In this document: piece after piece, positions 25,718-31,103 of the stretch
How positions within the stretch are numbered: the stretch's first letter is position 1
Layout: each line of letters opens with the position of its first letter
Assembly: GCF_001652585.1 (NCBI RefSeq)
Contig: NZ_LWLG01000020.1
Coordinates: 1-31,103 of the forward strand
DNA length: 31,103 nt
DNA from: Thermosulfurimonas dismutans
GTDB taxonomy: Bacteria; Desulfobacterota; Thermodesulfobacteria; Thermodesulfobacteriales; Thermodesulfobacteriaceae
Direction of reading: 5' to 3'
The notes under the pieces: generated by a model
What the model saw: only the letters and a program-made list of their open reading frames with translations
Told to the model about the DNA's origin: nothing
Databases searched by the model: none
Made by a program: the position numbers and the translations under genes

Positions 25718-26368
25718 CTATCCATCCTCCTTTATGATTTCAGCCTCTTTGGGAGGTGTAAAAGAAAATTTTTTATCCTCAATTTTAAGATTGAATTGGG
25801 CTTTTTCAAAGGTAAGATGCGTAAGGTTGCCAAGAAAATCCCAGTACCAGATTTCTTTGACCTCTCCGGTTTTAGGGAGGACTTTAAGTCGAATCCTTGA
25901 TACCTGTCCTTTTTCTTCGCGTGGTTTTAGCTCCAAGAAATAGCCTTCTCCGTTTGTTTCGAGCTTGCCGGATAGCAAAACAAAGTCCCGGTCTAGACGG
26001 TGTCGTCCGGTCATGAAACCAAGTACCAGTCTGGAGAAGGCCTTTTCCGGAGATAGAATTATAACTTGACGGTCCTCTTCAGAATAAAAGTACACCTTTT
26101 GGCCGTCGGAGACGATGAGCATGCGCTCCGGATAGCGGTATTCCCACCGTAGACGGTTTGGCCTCTTGAACCAGATACGCCCACCGGAGGCCTGGACTTC
26201 GTAACCCCTTCGCCAGTAAACCTCTTGATTGAACTCGGCATAAAAACTTTTGAGTTCCTGATAGAAGGCTTCTACCCTGGTCAGGACCGTCTCTGGAGAG
26301 GGTTCCTCCGCAAGGCTACTTACGGCCCACCAACACAGGACGAGGACGCACACCATCACTCGGACCAA
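25718..26368 (-). CDS. lolA: outer-membrane lipoprotein carrier protein LolA
   Basis: 216 aa. It has a signal peptide (MVRVMVCVLVLCWWAVSSLA) and LolA-like strands (GGRIWFKRPNRLRWEY...LIVSDGQKVYFY). The ftsK-lolA synteny matches E. coli. The TTG start at 26368 is preceded by GGAGGAGGAGGG, which lies inside the ftsK 3' end. Confidence 0.85.
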   Translation of the reverse strand: MVRVMVCVLVLCWWAVSSLAEEPSPETVLTRVEAFYQELKSFYAEFNQEVYWRRGYEVQASGGRIWFKRPNRLRWEYRYPERMLIVSDGQKVYFYSEEDRQVIILSPEKAFSRLVLGFMTGRHRLDRDFVLLSGKLETNGEGYFLELKPREEKGQVSRIRLKVLPKTGEVKEIWYWDFLGNLTHLTFEKAQFNLKIEDKKFSFTPPKEAEIIKEDG

Positions 26369-28337
26369 CGATTCCCTCCTCCTCCATTCTTTCGACCAAT
26401 CTTGCCGCTCGGTTATACCCTATGCGGAGCCTCCTCTGCAACATGGAAACCGAGATCTTCCCCTGTTGCATGGCAATCTTTACCGCCTCCCGATAGAGCT
26501 CATCCTCTTGATCATTTTCTGTAGGGCCTAAAGGCTCTTCGTCATCTTCCTCAAAGGCCTCGAAATCAGCCAGGTACTCGGGTTCTCCCTGGGCCTTCAG
26601 AAACTCTATGACCCGGAGTACTTCCTTTTCGGAAACGTAAGGGCCGTGGATACGTTGAAGCTTGGAGGCCCCGGGGGGCAGGAAGAGCATATCACCGGCG
26701 CCCAACAGTCTTTCGGCGCCCTGCGTGTCTAAAATGGTGCGAGAGTCCGTGCGGGAGGAGACCTGGAAGGAGATGCGGGCTGGAAAGTTGGCTTTGATGA
26801 GTCCGGTGATCACATCCACCGAGGGCCGCTGGGTAGCGAGCAACAAGTGGATGCCCGAGGCCCTCGCCATTTGGGCTAGACGTGTGAGTAACGTCTCCAC
26901 CTCCTTAGAAGCCACCACCATGAGGTCCGCCAGCTCGTCGATGATGATCACGAGATAGGGAAGCTTTTCCTCGGCTTCCTGATTATAAAAATCTAGATTG
27001 CGGGCTCGATTTTCTTCGAGCAGTTGATAGCGGCGTTCCATCTCGGAGACTGCCCACCGCAAGGCCTTGGTAGCCATACGGGGTTCGAGTACGACAGGAT
27101 GTAAAAGATAGGGGATACCTTCATAGACAGAAAGTTCTATGCGTTTCGGATCTATGAGAAGGAGCCGTACTTCTCCAGGAGTAGATTTGTAGATGAGACT
27201 CAAGATTACCGAATGCAGAAAGACACTCTTTCCAGTGCCAGTAGCTCCGGCGATGAGGAGATGGGGCATACGGGCCAAATCTGTGACCACCGGCTGACCG
27301 GAAATATCCTTTCCTAGGGCAAGGGTAAGCGGAGAGCGTGCCCTTCGGAAGGCTTCGCTTGCAATGATTTCCCGTAGAAATACCATTTCTCGCTCGGGAT
27401 TGGAGACTTCAATACCCACTACATCCTTTCCGGGAATAGGGGCCACGATGCGTACGCTTTCAGCCGCTAGCCCTAGCGCTAGGTCGTCCGCTAGGGCCGC
27501 GATGCGGTTTATTTTGACTCCCGGAGCAGGCTTGAATTCGTAAACCGTAATGACCGGTCCAGGATTTACCGAGACCACTTCCCCTTTAACCCCGAACTCT
27601 TCGAGTTTTTCTTGAAGGGTCTGAGATAGGGCAATAAGAGTTTCCTTTGAAGGGCCTTTTTGGGTGGCCGGGGGGGTCTCGAGAAGGTTTAAAGGCGGAG
27701 GCGTAAATTTTCCCGGTTCCGGTTTGGCAGGTAAAGAAATTTCAATGTTTGTGGTTTCTTGGGGCTCTGGATCGCTAACTTCGGGAACGGTTTTGAGAGG
27801 TTCTACCTTGGGAGTAGAGGTTTTCCTTTTGGGGAATCTGATTCTCAAGGCCCCTGGATTCAGGGTTTCGGCAAAAAGGAAAAAGGTCAGGATGAGGAGG
27901 ATCGTTATCAGAATTATGACTCCCGGTGGACCGATATAAGGTGTCAGGGCCTGTCCTAAAAAGCCGATGAGGCCTCCGTGCAAGGGATAGCGGTTAAAAA
28001 GATAGGGAGGTTCGGGGATAAAACCTAGGATGAGAGAAAGGGAGAGAATGAGGCCCAGCCAGGCTAGGATCTCTTTCTTTGAAGGACGAGTTCCCTTGAA
28101 GAAGTTCCAAGAAAACCTGAAAAGGGCCACCGGAATTAGAAAACCTGATAGACCACAAAGGAGGAAGAGCAGAGAAGAAAGATAGGCTCCTAAAAGACCG
28201 GCAATGTTTTGGGGCTTTTCTGTGCCAATCCTTCCCCAGCCAGGATCCTGAGGATGATGGTAAAGGAGGGATACGGCCAGGAAAAGCCCCATTCCCAGGA
28301 GGATAAGACCAGCTATTCGATGTGTGGTCTTTGACAT
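26316..28337 (-). CDS. ftsK: DNA translocase FtsK
   Basis: 673 aa. It has N-terminal TM helices and a Pro/Glu-rich linker. The motor domain carries Walker A (IAGATGTGKS) and Walker B (LVIIIDELADL). A C-terminal gamma winged-helix domain follows (SVSMLQRRLRIGYNRAARLVE). Confidence 0.96.
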   Translation of the reverse strand: MSKTTHRIAGLILLGMGLFLAVSLLYHHPQDPGWGRIGTEKPQNIAGLLGAYLSSLLFLLCGLSGFLIPVALFRFSWNFFKGTRPSKKEILAWLGLILSLSLILGFIPEPPYLFNRYPLHGGLIGFLGQALTPYIGPPGVIILITILLILTFFLFAETLNPGALRIRFPKRKTSTPKVEPLKTVPEVSDPEPQETTNIEISLPAKPEPGKFTPPPLNLLETPPATQKGPSKETLIALSQTLQEKLEEFGVKGEVVSVNPGPVITVYEFKPAPGVKINRIAALADDLALGLAAESVRIVAPIPGKDVVGIEVSNPEREMVFLREIIASEAFRRARSPLTLALGKDISGQPVVTDLARMPHLLIAGATGTGKSVFLHSVILSLIYKSTPGEVRLLLIDPKRIELSVYEGIPYLLHPVVLEPRMATKALRWAVSEMERRYQLLEENRARNLDFYNQEAEEKLPYLVIIIDELADLMVVASKEVETLLTRLAQMARASGIHLLLATQRPSVDVITGLIKANFPARISFQVSSRTDSRTILDTQGAERLLGAGDMLFLPPGASKLQRIHGPYVSEKEVLRVIEFLKAQGEPEYLADFEAFEEDDEEPLGPTENDQEDELYREAVKIAMQQGKISVSMLQRRLRIGYNRAARLVERMEEEGIVGPSDGVRPRPVLVGRK

Positions 28338-28456
28338 TAAACCTATTTTTAATTTTTTTTGCTGCTCTTGCCAATCCTTAGTTTGAGTGCCAGGACCTAC
28401 TTGTCTTAAAAAGCCTGGGTTGACAGCTATAATGAAACTTGCTAAGGCTTGCTATA

Positions 28457-28736
28457 GCCTCGGGTGCCCCGGCCCCTTTTGTTGGGGGCGGGGGTAAACG
28501 GGAAGCCGGTGAGAATCCGGCGCTGGCCCGCAACCGTGACCGGGGACGAAAGCCGCTGGGAGGGCTTGAGTAAGCCCTCTTCGCCCGGGCGCTCGAGGGT
28601 TAAGGCCCGAAGGGTTCCCGGGTGGGCCGCCGAAGGGCAAGCCTTCGGGGCGACAGGCCACTGGCGAAGCGCGTGGCGCTCGCTGGGAAGGCGCGGCGAG
28701 TAGGATGATCCGGAAGCCGGGAGACCGGCCCGAGGC
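28457..28736 (+). promoter_or_regulatory. cobalamin (B12) riboswitch aptamer
   Basis: The conserved core GGGAAGCCGGTGAGAATCCGGCGCTGGCCCGCAACCGTGA is present. So are the B12 box AGGCCACTGG (about 28655-28664), CTGGGAAGGCG and GAAGCCGGGAGACCGGCC. The closing helix pairs GCCTCGGG (28457-28464) with CCCGAGGC (28729-28736). A perfect TATAAT at 28428-28433 and a TTGACA at 28420-28425 lie just upstream. Confidence 0.9.
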
Positions 28737-28769
28737 GCAAAGGCGGTGGGGCGGCGAGGATCCCGACCC

Positions 28770-28829
28770 GACCGTACAAGAAACGGTCTCTTTCCTCGCT
28801 AAGCCCCCAAAGAAATTTTAAAAGGGGGG
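28770..28829 (+). promoter_or_regulatory. riboswitch expression platform: weak terminator-like hairpin plus SD-sequestering hairpin
   Basis: GACCGT-ACAAGAA-ACGGTC is followed by TCTTTCCT (28770-28796). CCCCC (28804-28808) can pair with the GGGGGG ribosome-binding site (28824-28829) of cbiK. Confidence 0.4.
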
Positions 28830-28836
28830 TGTGATC

Positions 28837-29787
28837 ATGCTAAAAGTGTTTATGGGTCTGCTGTTTGGGATGTTTTTGGCTATGTTTTTTTCTACTACGG
28901 CAAGGGCCGGAGCCATTGCCTATACTCAAATCCGACACCAAAAGTTGAAAGAAAAACCGGCCATCGTCCTATGTGCCTTTGGGACTTCTACTAAGGCCCA
29001 GGTGACCTTTGATTTTTTTGAAAAACGGGTCCGGGAGGAGTTTCCGGATTATGATGTTCGCTGGGCCTTCACTTCGGAGGTCATCCGGGAAAAGATGAAC
29101 CGTATTTTTACCAAGAAGGGTTTGAACAAGAGGCTCCACAGTCTCCACGAGGTTCTAGCTACTCTTTACGCGGAGGGTTACCGCAAGGTAGTGGTGCAAC
29201 CCCTCCACATTTTTCCCGGACTGGAATATAAAAACGTGGTCGAGATCTGTGAGCGGTTTCCAGATCTAAGGATAGTTGTAGGCGAGCCTCTCCTTTTCCG
29301 CTGGGAGTATGTCAAAGAGGTGCTGGAGGTGGTTTCCAAGGAATTTCTCCCTCCGGAAGAGGGAATAAATATCTTGGTGGCTCATGGGACGGACGTGACT
29401 ATCAACGGGGCTAACATTACCTACCTTGGGCTGGATTGGTTGGTGCGTAAACATTACTCTAACGTGCTGGTGGGTACGGTGGAAGGAGTGCCGGATGCCG
29501 AAGTGCCCCTAAAGGAGGCTCTCAAGTATCCAGCCAAGAAGGTGCGTTTTGTGCCTTTTATGTTCGTAGCCGGAGATCACATCATGAACGACATCATGGG
29601 CAAGGACCTGGAAGACGGAGAAAAGAGCTGGCGGGAAATCGTGGAGGAAGGCGGTAAAGAGGCCGATTGTGTGACTGCCGAGGTGAATGGAAAAGTTTAT
29701 TACAAAGGACTGGGGCTTTATCCTGAAATAGATGAGTTTTTCGTGAAACAGATAAAACGAGCCCTTGATATTTTGGATCAGTATTAA
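28837..29787 (+). CDS. cbiK: sirohydrochlorin cobaltochelatase CbiK, signal-peptide-bearing (periplasmic-type)
   Basis: ATG 28837 lies 7 nt after the GGGGGG site. The track's GTG at 28831 is only 1 nt after it. MLKVFMGLLFGMFLAMFFSTTARAGA looks like a cleavable signal peptide. The chelatase body carries LVAHGT and FMFVAGDHIMNDI (catalytic His motifs, compare S. enterica CbiK VAGDHAxND). Confidence 0.85.
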   Translation: MLKVFMGLLFGMFLAMFFSTTARAGAIAYTQIRHQKLKEKPAIVLCAFGTSTKAQVTFDFFEKRVREEFPDYDVRWAFTSEVIREKMNRIFTKKGLNKRLHSLHEVLATLYAEGYRKVVVQPLHIFPGLEYKNVVEICERFPDLRIVVGEPLLFRWEYVKEVLEVVSKEFLPPEEGINILVAHGTDVTINGANITYLGLDWLVRKHYSNVLVGTVEGVPDAEVPLKEALKYPAKKVRFVPFMFVAGDHIMNDIMGKDLEDGEKSWREIVEEGGKEADCVTAEVNGKVYYKGLGLYPEIDEFFVKQIKRALDILDQY

Positions 29788-29799
29788 GGAGGAGGTTTT

Positions 29800-30516
29800 T
29801 TGAAAAGACCAGTTCTTTGTGGGGTAGGGGTTGGACCGGGAGACCCCGAACTTTTGACCTTGAAGGCTGTAAGGGTTCTCCGGGAGGCGGACTTTGTTTT
29901 CGTGTCCGCATCTACCAAAAATGAATATTCGCTGGCCCTGCGGGTGGCGGCTGAATATATTCCCCCGGAAAGACCGATTGAGCATCTTCCTTTCCCCATG
30001 ACCCGTGATCGGGAGAAGCTAGAGCAGGCTTGGGAGGAGAACGCCCGGAAGGTGGTGGAAAAGCTGCGGGTCTTTTCCAAGGTGGTGTTCCTTACTATGG
30101 GAGACCCGGCCCTTTATTCCACCTTCGGGTATTTAGCTCGATGGGTAAGACGGCTTTACCCGAAGGTGGAGATAAGGATGATTCCCGGGATTACGGCGGC
30201 CCAGGCGGCTGCAGCTAGGTTTAACCTGATCCTCACCGAGGGTGAGGAGGCTTTTGTGTTGGCTAGTGGGCTAGCCGCCGAGGAGGTCTTAAAGAAGTTT
30301 GCCGGGGAAAAGACAAGTTTTGCGCTTTATAAGGTGTACCGCCGGGCTCCAGAGATCATAGAAATCTTGAGACAAACCGAAAGGCTCAAAGACGCCCGAG
30401 CCATTTCTTGGTGCGGTTTCCCGGAGGAGATAATTTACGAAGATGCTACAAAAATTTCCGGTTCAACCCCACCCTACTTTACTCTCCTTTTAGTGGGCGG
30501 AAAGGCCCTTGACTAA
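29800..30516 (+). CDS. cbiL: precorrin-2 C20-methyltransferase (CbiL/CobI)
   Basis: 238 aa with GVGVGPGDPELLTLKA (tetrapyrrole methylase motif) and GDPALYSTFGYL, typical of CbiL. The TTG start is preceded by AGGAGGAGG. Confidence 0.85.
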   Translation: MKRPVLCGVGVGPGDPELLTLKAVRVLREADFVFVSASTKNEYSLALRVAAEYIPPERPIEHLPFPMTRDREKLEQAWEENARKVVEKLRVFSKVVFLTMGDPALYSTFGYLARWVRRLYPKVEIRMIPGITAAQAAAARFNLILTEGEEAFVLASGLAAEEVLKKFAGEKTSFALYKVYRRAPEIIEILRQTERLKDARAISWCGFPEEIIYEDATKISGSTPPYFTLLLVGGKALD

Positions 30517-30573
30517 GTATTACTAAATTTATAAAAGTAACACGCAAAAAGGTGTAAGGACAGGGGGGAAGTC

Positions 30574-31103
30574 ATGAGGAAAGTCTGTTGTTTGGTATTG
30601 GGAATCCTGTTTTTGTTTTTGGGTGGTAGGGTCCTGGCCGCCGATCCGGAGGTGGAGGAGTTGAAACGGATGTTGCGGCAGGTGATAGAGGAGAACCGGA
30701 GGCTTTCGCAGAGGGTATCCGAGCTTGAGAGGCGTCTTGCGGAATACGAAAGGGTGGAGCGGCCGGCCGTAGAAGTGGAAACCTCCGAAACCGGAGATAA
30801 GTGGTACGACCGGATTGAGGTTGGTCTTACGGCTGCGGGTCTGGTGCAGGGCCTCGTGGGGGTGGACAAGCACCTGGCCAACATCCATGCGCATGCCGGA
30901 AGAGAGCCTCAAGGGCAGTCGGACATAGTCATGCGAGATGAAGACAAGACCTATGCGGCCGCGGCGGTGGATCTTGAGCTTTCTACGGAGTTTTCGGAGA
31001 GGGATCGGGCCTACGTGCTTCTGGAGATGGGTTCGGGCAAGAATCCGGACTCCGAGGTGCCATCGTTTTCCGGGATAGTGGACGAGGCCTTGTCCATGGT
31101 TCC
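30574..31103 (+). CDS. putative outer-membrane porin with N-terminal coiled coil, partial (runs off window end)
   Basis: ATG 30574 follows GGGGGG (30564-30569). It reads MRKVCCLVLGILFLFLGGRVLAADPE (signal peptide), then EELKRMLRQVIEENRRLSQRVSELERRLAEYE (coiled coil), then beta-strand-like sequence. The frame is open to the window edge, so it is missing from the ORF track. Its architecture matches the 19912-21567 protein. Confidence 0.65.
   Translation, partial: MRKVCCLVLGILFLFLGGRVLAADPEVEELKRMLRQVIEENRRLSQRVSELERRLAEYERVERPAVEVETSETGDKWYDRIEVGLTAAGLVQGLVGVDKHLANIHAHAGREPQGQSDIVMRDEDKTYAAAAVDLELSTEFSERDRAYVLLEMGSGKNPDSEVPSFSGIVDEALSMV

Noticed and set aside
28452-28703. Two ORF-track entries (69 aa minus strand, 79 aa plus strand) in the ftsK-cbiK gap
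   Set aside because: They lie entirely within the GC-rich cobalamin riboswitch aptamer. Their Gly/Pro/Arg-rich translations are artefacts of structured RNA sequence.
29509-30912. Minus-strand ORFs (158, 105, 98, 123 and 127 aa) opposite cbiK, cbiL and the porin gene
   Set aside because: All are antisense to genes with clear family motifs, and none has an SD or a recognisable motif.
1-31103. Scan for split or interrupted genes (frameshifts, inteins in gyrA/glmS/ftsK, in-frame TGA selenocysteine candidates), tRNA/rRNA genes and mobile-element genes
   Set aside because: All recognised genes are full length for their families with contiguous motifs. I found no T-loop-type GGTTCGAATCC sequence, no rRNA-like stretch, and no transposase, integrase or recombinase translation.

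Overview
This 31.1-kb window is densely coding chromosomal DNA. It is probably from a thermophilic, diderm, anaerobic bacterium. That guess is an inference from gene content only: futalosine-type menaquinone radical SAM enzyme, periplasmic-type CbiK, LolA, an AsmA-like giant protein, and Glu/Lys/Arg-rich proteins. I support about 26 protein genes. Minus-strand operons are HNH-glmS-ugd-AEC transporter, gyrA, and ftsK-lolA-nadA-purL. Plus-strand units are: a B12-binding radical SAM gene; a five-gene chain with overlapping stop and start codons (usp-yacG-trxR-like-thiI-like-MBL hydrolase); an MqnC/MqnE-family gene; a histidine phosphatase followed by an AsmA-like 1169-aa protein; a coiled-coil beta-barrel outer-membrane protein; and a cobalamin-riboswitch-led cbiK-cbiL-porin unit. 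I found no tRNA, rRNA, CRISPR array, transposase, integrase or recognisable defence gene, so most of the window is ordinary housekeeping sequence. The stretch least explained by annotation is an 894-bp AT-rich, ORF-free gap (284-1177). It holds a diverged tandem duplication of a three-block non-coding module, imperfect inverted repeats at its edges, and two small candidate ORFs just upstream of the orphan radical SAM gene. Other points worth a second look are a DJ-1/PfpI-Tpx fusion, a thioredoxin-reductase-like flavoprotein without the NADPH 2'-phosphate motif that overlaps a rhodanese-less CxxC-type ThiI, a riboswitch-controlled periplasmic CbiK plus coiled-coil porin, and two apparently leaderless radical SAM transcripts. 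All functional calls come from reading the translations. No database search was run.
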